From Chiloscyllium plagiosum (lineage: Eukaryota): DNA of 20,000 bases. The stretch spans positions 11,633,844 to 11,653,843 of the forward strand of contig NC_057749.1 in the NCBI RefSeq assembly GCF_004010195.1, read 5' to 3'. Made by a program: the position numbers and the translations under genes. The notes beneath the pieces were generated by a model. The model saw only the letters and a program-made list of their open reading frames with translations, was not told the origin of the DNA and did no database searches. Of the stretch, positions 9,905 to 19,489 are shown in pieces. Within the stretch, counting starts at the first letter, position 1, and each line of letters begins with the position of its first letter.

Positions 9905-10460
9905 TTGTCAAATTGACACAGTACTCCAGATGTAGCCTCACCAATACTTTGCTATAAAAAAACTGATCAAACTGTGGATGCTGTAGTTCAGAAACACAAA
10001 CAGAAATTGCTGGAAAAGCTCAGCAGGTCTGGCAGCATCTAGAGAGAAATCAGAGTTAACGTTTTGGGTCGAGTGACCCTTCCTCAGAACTCACCAATAC
10101 CCTGTACAGTTGCAGTATAACTTCACTTCCATCATATTTCGTTCTCTTTGCAATAAATGATAACATATGATTTTTCTTCCTAATCACTTGCTGTTAATGC
10201 ATTCTAATGTGCCAGCTCACTCAGATTGCTCTGTACCATTGGGTCCTGCAACTTCTCTACATCTAAATAGGGTACTGCTTCTCTATTCTTCTAGCCAAAC
10301 TAGAAAAGTTCGCATTTACCCATGCTGTACTCTATCTGCCAAATGTCTGCTTATTCCTTTGCAGACACATTTTTTTACCAAACTTCATGATATCAGCAAA
10401 TGTACCTACCATACCTTTGTTCCCGTCATCCGAATGATTGATACAGACTGTAAATAGGTA
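9905..10460 (-). mobile_element. Old CR1 LINE RT fragment, interrupted at 9948-10089
   Basis: With the insertion removed, the minus strand reads LYRVLVRLHLEYCV (CR1 C-terminal motif). Also FADI-like (TTTGCTGATATC) and WQIEY-like remnants. Confidence 0.75.
9948..10089 (-). mobile_element. ~140-bp PLE-derived mini-element with hammerhead motif and 11-bp target-site duplication
   Basis: Flanked by CTCACCAATAC (9937-9947 and 10090-10100). Minus strand reads AGTT-CTGAGGA-A-GGGTC-ACTC-GACCC-AAAA-CGTT-AACT, then GATGCTGCCAGACCTGCTGAGCTTTTCCAGCA. Confidence 0.85.
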
Positions 10461-10504
10461 AGTGGGGGTCAGTTAGCTCAGTTGACTGATCCTGGTTTCA
10501 TAAC

Positions 10505-10945
10505 ACAAGGCCACACGCAAACTGGAGGAAGAACACCTTATCTTCTGCCTCAGGAGCATACGGCCTTAACGTAGAATTCACCAGCTTCCAAATCTCCCCA
10601 CACTCCCACCTCATCCCAGACCCAGCCCTTCCTCTCCACCCTACCCCCTTAACCTGACCCTACCTGTCCATTTTCCTTCCCACCTATCTGCTCCACTCTT
10701 CCCACTGATCAATCACAATCACCTCCTACCTGCATCCACCTATTGCCATCCCACCCACCTTTTCCACAGCCCCACCCCTCAATTTATTTTGCAGCTCCCT
10801 TTCCGTTCCCGCAGTACTGATGAAAGATTCTGCCCTGAAACGTTGACTTCCCTTCCCTGATGCTGTTTGATCTGCTGTGCTTTTTCCAGCTCCGTTCTTT
10901 ATCCATTCTGACTCGTCAGAATCTGCAGTTCTCACTATCTCCAAG
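10505..10945 (+). mobile_element. 3' fragment of a second Penelope-like family (GIY-YIG C-terminus, pyrimidine-rich UTR, hammerhead motif, 3' module)
   Basis: ATRKLEEEHLIFCL..GLNVEF (cf. PLE RKLEExHLIFRLGT..PxGLNxEF), a C-rich tract, CTGATGA (10817-10823)..GAAACGTTGACT, then GATGCTG..TGCTGTGCTTTTTCCAGC. Confidence 0.8.
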
Positions 10946-11474
10946 GATTTTTAAAAGTTGAGTGCATGTTGATCTTCTGACAATATGTTACAGTCAGCAT
11001 TAAGGACTGAGTGTTGAGTGAGAATATCCGAGAGAGATCTTTCATTGGCTGTCACACTCTGCACAACCCTGATTGACTCTTGAACGTTGGAACAGGAGCA
11101 GTCCTCAGATAGAATATGATGCAGGGAGAAAGATTTATTCCTATTGCACTTTTGGTTATTTTCAATTTAAAATATTTTGCCACTGGGCTGTAACTTTAAA
11201 TGGAATATATGTTGTAAATATTAAAACTATTATATTTGTTATAATAGAGAAACCAAAGAGTGGAATATGATATGAAAATACAAACATAGGATCATGCAAA
11301 TTCAAAACAGGAATAGGCCAATATGGAAACAAGTTGGATCTTATCGTATCTGCTTTAATTCTCAAATCATACTAGTACGTCCACACATTTAATGAATAAA
11401 TTAAACTTTTGGAATTAAAAAATGTTGCTATATTGCTATTTTTGAATTAGGAAGATGTGTCTCTCAAAACATTA

Positions 11475-13204
11475 ATTGTTGTCAAATACAAGAGGATGGC
11501 CAGAGTGAGGGGTAGGGCCAATCGGAGTAGTGGAGGGAACTTGTGTGCGGAGTTAGAGGAGGTCCTTAATGAATACTTTGCTTCAGTATTCACTACTGAG
11601 AGGGACCTTGATGTTTGTGAGGACAGCGTGAAACAGGCTGATATGCTCAAACAGGTTGATGTTAAGAAGGCAGATGTGCTAAAAAATTTGAAAATTATAA
11701 GGATAGATAAGCCCACTGATCCAGACAGAATATACCCAAGATTACTACAGGAAGCGAGGGAAGAGATGGTGCCATTGGTGATGATCTTTGCATACTCACT
11801 GTCTACTGGAGTCTTGCCAGATGATTTGAGGGTGGCAAATGTTATTCCCTTGTTCAAGAAAGGGAATAGGGATAATCCTGGAATTTACAGACCAATCAGT
11901 CTTACGACTGTGGTGGGCAAATTATTAGAGAAGATTTTGAGAGACAAGATTTCTGATTACCTAGAAAACAATAGATTGATTAGAGCTGGTTAGATGGCTT
12001 TGTGAAGGGCAGGTCATGCCTCACAAGCCTTATTGAATTATTTGAGAATGTGACAAAACACGTTGACGATAGAACTGTGAATGTGGTGTACATGGATTTT
12101 AGCAAGGCGTTTGATAAGGCTCCCCATGGTAGGCTCATTCAGAAAGTAAGGAGGCATTGGATATAGGGAAATTTGGCTGTTTGCGTTTTGAATTGGGTGG
12201 CCCATAGAAAACAGAGGGTGGTAGTTGATGGAAAGCATTCAGCCTGGAGCTCAATGGCCAGTAGTGTTTTGCAGGGATCTCTTCTGATACCTCTGCTTTT
12301 TGTGAATTTTATAAATGACTTGGATTAGGAAATGGAAGGGTGGTTAGATTTGCTGATGACACGAAGGTTGGTGGAGTGGTGGATAATGTTGAGGGCTGTT
12401 GCAAGTTGCAACAAGACATTGACAGGATGCGGAACTGGGCTGAGAAGTGGCAGATGGAGTTCAACCTGGAAAAGTGTGAAGTGATTCATTTTGGAAGGTG
12501 AATTTGAATGCAGAATACAAGGTTAAAGGCAGGATTCTTGGCAGTGTGGAGAAACAGAGGGATCTTGGGATTCACATCCATAGATCCCTCAAAAGTTGCC
12601 ATCCAAGTTGATGGACTTCTTAAAAAGGGAATGGTATGTTGGCTTTCATTAGCAGAGGGATTGAGTTTAAGAGCCACGAGGTTATGCTGCAGCTCTGTAG
12701 AGCCCTGGTTAGACTACACTTGGAATGTTGTGTTCAGTTCTGGTCACCTCATTATTGGAAGGATGTGGAAACTTTAGAGAGGGTGCAGAGGAGATTTACC
12801 AGGATGCTGCTTGGACTGGAGGGCATGTCTTATGAAAAAAGGCCCTAGCTCACTCAACCTTTCTCATTGGAGTGAAGGATGAGAGGTGACTTGATAGAGG
12901 TGATGATGAGAGGCATAGAGTGAATAGTCAGAGACTTTTTCCCAGGGCAGAAATGGCTATCACAAGGGGGCATAATTTTAAGGTGATTGGAGGAAAATTT
13001 CGAGGAGATGTAATAGGTTGGTCCTTTACAGGTGCATGGAATGCACTGCCAGTGGTGGTGCTAAAGTCAGACACGTTAGGAACACCTTGGATGATAGTAA
13101 AATGAAGGTTATGTAGGTTAGTTTAATCTTAGAGCAGGATAAAAGGTTGGCACAACATCAAGTGCCGAAGGGCCTGTACTGTGCTGTACTGTTCTATGTT
13201 CTAT
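11475..13204 (+). mobile_element. CR1 LINE, 5'-truncated, RT region to 3' tail, degenerate
   Basis: LNEYFASVFT, PDRIYPRLL, ANVIPLFKKGNRDNPGIYRPISLT, DFSKAFDK, FADD (12349-12360), LVRLHLECCVQFWSP, WNALP; tail GCCGAAGGGCCTG..GTTCTATGTTCTAT. Confidence 0.95.
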
Positions 13205-13312
13205 ACGGAGCTGCTTTTGCTGGGAGTTGTTGTTCTAAAAGACAGGGATGAAGCATATTATTAGCCTACAGTCTAAGATAAAGACTCAAAACTCTTGTTT
13301 TCTTTTCTGCAG

Positions 13313-13369
13313 GTGCTTTTATCAGGGCTAATTGGTGTTGTTTCCTGGAAAAGACCCATCTCCCTGGTG
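13313..13369 (+). CDS. ENTREP2: Internal 57-bp coding exon of ENTREP2/FAM189A1 (CD20-like transmembrane region)
   Basis: Acceptor CTCTTGTTTTCTTTTCTGCAG ending at 13312 and donor GTGAGT at 13370-13375; phase 0/0. Translates to VLLSGLIGVVSWKRPISLV, versus recalled human FAM189A1 VLLSGLIGVVSWKRPLSLV. Lies in non-repetitive sequence. Confidence 0.88.
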
Positions 13370-13529
13370 GTGAGTAGCAACAGCAGCACCAAATTAACCG
13401 GAGCAACAAGACAGGGCTGTTGAATTGCATCAATGCCATTATGGGTGGTACAGTCATATCACTCAGGTTTTGCCATCTCATTACCATTAGGTAATGATTT
13501 TATGAATAATAACAATGTGGAGGGCTGTT

Positions 13530-13640
13530 ATGGTGCAGTGATAGTTTGCTCATCTCTGAACCAGGAGATCCTGGTTCACGACCTACCTGCTGCAGAGGTG
13601 TGTAATTAAATCTCTGAACAGTTCGATCAGAAAATATCCA
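13530..13640 (+). mobile_element. Short tRNA-derived SINE-like repeat
   Basis: A-box-like TGGTGCAGTGA, B-box-like GGTTCACGACC; 3' half matches 4915-4982. Confidence 0.65.
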
Positions 13641-15561
13641 GAAGTGTGAGCAACGCAAGTTAAGGCTTAGCTATTTTGCCTGAGGCTGACAACTAAAAGT
13701 TAAGAAAATCAACACAGTTACTCTTTGCACAGAGCAGTGGCTACTTGTGGGAATTAATCAGAAATGCCTAGTCCTTTTTCCATGAAACATATTTCTATTC
13801 CCAGATTATGCGTGGAGACTATAATTGTCTATTTACATTACAGAACTCAGGCTGGAGACAGGGCCTTAAACTAAACAGGGGAAGAGGGCTCAGTTATAGG
13901 GGAAATTAGAAAACTTGAATTAAAGAAGGAATTTAGAGTTGAATTAAGAGTGCAGAATTCAGGAGAGATTATTAAAATTCCGGCACAGACACAAATAGGA
14001 GAGAGTATATGGAAAGGGATAGCAATCAAACTTCAATCACGTTGGACAAACGAATGACAGAGAAGAGGGGTGGCTAATACAGGACTGAAGGTGTTATACC
14101 TGAATGCACACAGTATAAGGAATAAGGTAAATGAGCTTTTGGTGCTGATTGAAATTGGCAGGTATGACATGGTGGGCATCACGGAGACGTGGCTGCAAGG
14201 GGATCAGGATTAGGAGCTGGATATTCAAGGATATACATCCTGTCAAAAAAATAGCCAGGTGAGCAGAGGTAGTGGGGTTGCCTTATTAGTATGAAATGAA
14301 ATTAATAGTAAGAAACAAAGTAGGATCAGGTGTGTAGAATCTGTGTGGGTAGAATTAAGAAACTGTAAAAGGTAAAAAAAATGACAGTTGGAATTATGTA
14401 CAGGCCTCTAAACAGTAGTCAGGAGCTGGGGCACAAGATACACCAGGAGATGGAAAAGATGTGTAGGAAAGGCAAAGTTACAGTGATCGTGGGGGATTTC
14501 AATATGCAGGTGGACTGGGAAAATCAGGTTGGTAGTGGACTGCAAGAAAAGGAATTTGTGGAATGTCTATGAGATGGCTTTTTGGAGCAATTTGTGCTGG
14601 AGCCCACTAGGGAACAGACAATACTGGATTTAGTGTTGTGCAGTGAGATAGACTAAGGGAGCTTAAGGTGAAGGAACTCTTAGGAGTTAATATGATTGAA
14701 TTTACCCTGCAATTTGAGAGGGAGTAGATAGAATAATAGGTAATTGTATTCCAGCTGAATAAAAGCAACTACAGAGGCATGAAATAAGAGCTGGGTAGAA
14801 TTGGACTGGGAGAGGACCCTAGCAGGAAACATAGTGGAACAGTAATGGCAGGAGTTTCTGGGAATAATTCAGGAGACACATCAGAGATTCATCTAGAGGG
14901 AAAAGCAGCATGGTACAGGGAGGATGAGGCAACCATGGCTGACTTGGGAAGTCAGGGATAGCACAAAAGCAAAAGGGAAAGTATATCATGCGGCGAAGGG
15001 CAGTGGGAAACCATAGAATTGGGAAGCTTATAAAGACCAACAGAGGACAACAAAAAAAAGGGAGTGGATTAAATAGGAAAGTAAGCTAGCCAGTAATATA
15101 AAGGAAGACTGTAAGAGTTTCTTCAGATATACAAATGGCAAAAGAGAGGCAAAAGTGGACATTGAGCCGCTGGAAAATCTTGCTGATGAAATAGTAGTGG
15201 GGAACAAGGAAATGGCCGAGGAACTGAATAATTACTTCACATCAGTCTTCGCAGTGTAAGACACGAATAATATTCCAACAATTCAAGAGAGTAAGGGGGC
15301 AGAGCTGAGTATGGTGGCCGTCACTAAGGAGAAGTGACTAGAAAAACTGAATGGCCAGAAGGTGGATAAATCACCTGGACCAGATGGACTACACCCCAGA
15401 CTTCTAAGGGAGATATCTGAAGAGATAGTGGAAGTGTCAGTGGTGATCTTTTAGGAATTGCTACATTCAGTAAGGGTCCTAGAGGATTGGAAAATTGCTA
15501 ACATGACACTCCTATTTAAAAAGGGAGTAAGGCAAAACACAAAAAAAATTATAGACCTATT

Positions 15562-15610
15562 GAATTTAGAAGGATGAGGGGTGATCTATTTGAAACTTAC
15601 AGAATACTGA
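15562..15610 (+). mobile_element. 49-bp ectopic CR1 C-terminal fragment inserted into the RT motif NYRPISLTS
   Basis: GAATTTAGAAGGATGAGGGGTGATCTATTTGAAACTTACAGAATACTGA (EFRRMRGDLFETYRIL) splits ..AGACCTATT|AGCCTAACC.. Confidence 0.8.
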
Positions 15611-16128
15611 AGCCTAACCTCAGTCATGGGTAAGATCCTGGAATCCATTGTGAAGGATGAGATTTCTGAGTACTTGGAAGTGCATGGTAAAATAAAGCCA
15701 AGTCAGCATGGTTTCATCAAGGTGAGGTCATGCCTGAAAAATCTCCTGGAATTCTTTGAGGAACTAATGAGTAGGTTAGATTAAGGAGAGTCAATGGATG
15801 TTATCGACCTGGACTTCAAGGAGGTCTTTGGCAAGGTGCCACACTGGAGGCTACTGAGTGTCTAAAGGCCTATGGTGTCAGAGGTAAGGTGCTAGCATGG
15901 ATTGAAGCTTGGCTGTCTGGCAGAAACAGAGAGTGGGGATAAAAGAGTCCTTCTCAGGAAGGCAGCCGGTGACAAGTGGTGTTCCGCAAGGCTCCGTGTT
16001 GGGACACAACTTCTCACTTCATACACTAACAATCTAAATTAAGGAACTGAGGGCATTCTGGCTACGTTTGCAGATGATACAAAGATAAATAGAGGGATAG
16101 GTAGCAGGAGGAGGCAGGGAGGCTGCAG

Positions 16129-16652
16129 TTCTGGTCACCACATTACCAAAAGGGTATGGACGCTTTGGAGAGGGTGCAGACAAGGTTTACGAGGATGTCG
16201 CCTGGTATGGAAGTGCTAGCTATGAAGAGATGTTGAGTAGGTTAGGATTGTTTTCATTAGGAAAAAGGAGGTCGAGGGGGAAACCTGATTGAGATCTACA
16301 AAATCACGAAGGTATGGATAGGGTGGATAGAGATAAGCTTTTTCCCCAGAGTGAGGGATTCAATAATGAGAGGTCGTGTGTTCAAGGTGAGAGGTAAAAC
16401 GTTTAAGGGGGATACATGCGGAAAGTACTTTACACAGAGGGGGATAGGTGCCTGGAACGTGTTGCCAGCAGAGGTAGTAGAGGCAGGCATGGTATATTAA
16501 TTTAAGGTGCGTCTGGACAGATGCACGAGTAAGTGGGGAGCAGTGGGATACAGATGCTTAGGAATTGGGCAATAGGTTTAGACAGTAGATTTGGATCGGC
16601 TCAGGTTTGGAGGGCCAAAGGGCTTGTTGCTGGGCTGTAAATGTTCTTTGTT
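16129..16652 (+). mobile_element. Nested CR1 3' fragment of a different subfamily inside the 13850-17435 CR1
   Basis: Host GGCTGCAG|AAGGATTTGGAC (RLQKDLD) is split. The insert runs from FWSPHY to its own tail GGGCCAAAGGGCTTG..GTTCTTTGTT, with CAG on both sides. Confidence 0.88.
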
Positions 16653-17072
16653 CAGAAGGATTTGGACAAGTTAGGAGAGTGGGCAAAAAAGTGGCAGATG
16701 GATTACAACATAGGAAAGTGAGGTCATGCACTTTGGTAGAAGAATAGAGGCATGAACTCTTTTCTAAATGGAGAGGAAATTCAGAAGTCTGAAGTGCAAA
16801 GAGACTTGGGAGTAGTTAGGAAGGCAAATGCTGTAACGGCATTTATTTTGGGAGGACTTGAATTTAAAAAAGCAGGAATGTACTTATGAGGCTCTGGTTA
16901 GACCACATTTGGATTATTGTGCCTAGTTTGGTCCCCATATCTCAGGACGGGTGTACTGATCCTGGAGCGTATTCAGAGGAGGTTCATGAGAACGGTCCCA
17001 TGGATGAAAAGCTTAACGTATGAAGAACGTTGGAAAATTCTGAGTTTATATTCAATGGAATTCAGAAGGATT

Positions 17073-17089
17073 GGGGGGGGGGGGGGGGG
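17073..17089 (+). repeat. Poly-G homopolymer expansion in CR1
   Basis: About 17 consecutive G replacing the RMRGD codons. Confidence 0.9.
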
Positions 17090-18084
17090 AGGATATCATT
17101 GAAACGTACAGAATACTGAATGGCCTGAACAGAGCAGATGTTGGGAAGATGATTCCTTCGGTAGGAGAGACTAAGACCAGAGGGCACAGCCTTCGAGTAA
17201 AGGAGGAAAAACGTCTTCAGCCAGAGTGGTGAATCTATAGAATTCATTGCCACAGAAGGCTGTGGAGGCCAGGCCACTGAGTAAATTTAAGACAGAGATA
17301 GATAGGTTCTTGAGTATCAAAGGCTATGGGGAGAAAGTAGATAAATGGTGTTGAGAAACTTATCAGCCATGATTGAATGGCAAAGCGGACTTGTAGGGTT
17401 CAATGGCCTAATTTCTGCTCCTGTGTCTCATGCTCTTCGCGTGTATGTGTACACCTGAGGCTTACACATGCTTCTTCTCATACACACACAAGTACAGACA
17501 CTATTTCCAGTATGCTTTCCTAACTGTATAGTTCAAAATGATTTATGTTGTAAAAGTCACTGCTCAAGGCCCATCAATAAGATCCTGGAGAATAAGATCC
17601 TGGCGAGCCATGGCAGTCCTTGTAGTGACAGTGTCCTCAAAGTTATTTGAGATGGATGTCCAGGCATGTGACCCAGTGATCAGGAAAAAAAGTGATACAT
17701 TTTCAAGTCTGAAATTAGAGAGATTTGGCGATGTTGTTCTCATGTGCCTACTGCCCTTATATTCATACCCTCTTTTAGTATAAAATATTACTAAGACATA
17801 AAATGAAATAATGACCTGGGGGCCTGTGTTTTCTGTCATGTTTGTGTTAAGAAACAACATTGCCACGAATTGTTGGGCCGCGCACTGGAAATCAAACCCT
17901 ACTCTTCTCAGTCATCACAAATTTAAAATATAAATCAAAATATGCATTATGTCCAATGTACCTGTCATAACCCCAGGTTAACATAAATCACATACCAGGT
18001 TTCTGTTGTGAAATAGAACTACTATTTATTACAAATAAATAGATAACTAAATAAACCACACGTAAACAATTATGAACTGTCAAC

Positions 18085-18392
18085 AGGCAGCAGAGTGGTT
18101 CCTCAGTACTAGGGACCCAGGTTTGATTCCAGCTTTGGGCGCTATGTGTGGAGTTAGCACATTCTTTCTGTGTCTGCATGGGTTTCCTCCCACAGTCCAA
18201 CGATGTACAAGTTAGGTGAATTGGCCATGCTAAATTGCCCACAGTGTTCAGGGATATGTAGGCTAAGTGTATTAGTCAGCGGAAATGTAGAGTAATAGGG
18301 TAGGGGAATGGATCTGGGTGGGATACTCTTCAGAAGGCCAGTGTAGACTTGTTGGGCTAAATGGCCTGTTTCCACACTGTCAGAATTCTATA
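18085..18392 (+). mobile_element. V-SINE (HE1-like), older copy with small deletions
   Basis: B-box-like GGTTTGATTCC, V-domain TGTGTGGAGTTAGCACATTC..GGGTTTCCTCCCACAGTCCAA, tail GGGCTAAATGGCCTGTTTCCACACTGT..ATTCTAT; homologous to 7577-7898. Confidence 0.88.
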
Positions 18393-18396
18393 TAGC

Positions 18397-18620
18397 TTTT
18401 TTTTCTCCACTCATTCACAGCATGCAGGCCTTGTTGGTTAGGCAGTTAAAACTCAGCCATATCGCTTGTGTCTGGAGCCACATGTAGCCAGACCAGATAC
18501 AGGCACAAGTTCCCTTTCCTGATGAAGGGCTTATGCCCGAAACGTCGATTCTCCTGCTCCTTTGATGCTGCCTGACCTGCTGTGCTTTTCCAGCAACACA
18601 TTTTTAAGCTCCTAAAAGGT
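18397..18620 (-). mobile_element. Degenerate SINE fragment (possibly Deu-domain/SacSINE1-like), interrupted at ~18519-18610
   Basis: Minus strand CTGGTCTGGCTACATGTGGCTCCAGACAC..GGCTGAGTTTTAACTGCC resembles a recalled shark SINE body; poly-A end at ~18398-18405. Confidence 0.5.
18515..18612 (+). mobile_element. ~95-bp PLE-derived mini-element with intact hammerhead core
   Basis: CTGATGA-A-GGGC-TTAT-GCCC-GAAA-CGTC-GA (18519-18548), then GATGCTGCCTGACCTGCTGTGCTTTTCCAGCA. Confidence 0.85.
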
Positions 18621-19489
18621 ACCTCAATGACAGGAGTCCAAAAAAAGAAGTCAATTTCAGCTAAGGGCAGAGTTTAGAATGGGCCAAAGCCCACAATATA
18701 CAATTTCAAACACTTTGCACCTGGGTGCAGGCAATGTGTAAAGGAAAGCCCCTGACCAGCTTTCCTATAGACATGCTGTCGGCTGCCCTCCCCCTCCCCA
18801 GCTCAGTCATCAACCCTCCAGCGCCCAGCCGCTCCACATACTAGCTGGCCCACTCCCAAACATAATCAATTACAAAATCCACATCCAGTAACAGAATTCA
18901 CTAACTCCTCACAGTTGCGTTTCCAGCACACAGGCAGCAAATGCTCACCTCTCAGCATACACAGGTGTTCAGTCTTTACAGAGGCCTGCCCACCCCCACA
19001 GGGCCAGGCCTACCCGCAGAGGAACAGTTCATTTGGAAAGGTACAATTGACTCAGGTTCAGTCCAAACACCAATAAGTGAAGGCACATGAAAAAAAGAAA
19101 ACCAAACCAGAATGCAAGGGCCACAAAATCAGTATCGTCCTTTTCTCAAAGGAGAAGAGTAACACACAGGCTGTAACCAGTGAGTAAAACAATGAGAACT
19201 GAAATACACCTGTAACACATTGACTGTGTAGATCAACAAGTTTAGAAATCAGTCCTCAATGAAATAAAAGGGATACCAATCGACAAACTGGCTGTGTAAA
19301 TCAGCCATATACAAGAAACAGCATTTTACAGGGGAAAGGGTGGCAAAGCTAGACTACAAACCTCACCATACAACCAGTTCGCATGGAAACAAGTAACCTT
19401 GAATCCCACTTTACATTATCAAAAAGAAAACAGTGAACACAATCATATACAGAGTTTGATAAACCGAACAACAGTGCATATGTAACAGA

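Larger units (their letters stand above)
13850..17435 (+). mobile_element. CR1 LINE with near-complete but degenerate ORF2 (endonuclease + RT) and 3' tail; hosts two nested insertions
   Basis: LKVLYLNAHSIRNK..GITETWL (~14085-14195), VGIMYRP, IVGDFN, SPGPDGLHPRLL, NYRPI/SLTS, SGVPQGSVLG, FADD (~16067-16078), WQMDYN, VWSPYL; tail CAGCCATGATTGAATGGC..TCTGCTCCTGTGTCT. Confidence 0.95.

Noticed and set aside
10462..10500. tRNA-like A-box TAGCTCAGTTG as an RNA gene
   Set aside because: Only about 40 bp and cut off by the PLE fragment; at most a SINE head remnant.
13266..13487. 73-aa minus-strand ORF
   Set aside because: Antisense to the well-supported + strand exon; no homology recognised.
17468..17866. 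Overlapping short ORFs as a further host exon
   Set aside because: No similarity to the expected next ENTREP2 exon (ITFFMLLSAVCVMLNLAGS..., recalled) and no convincing splice pair.
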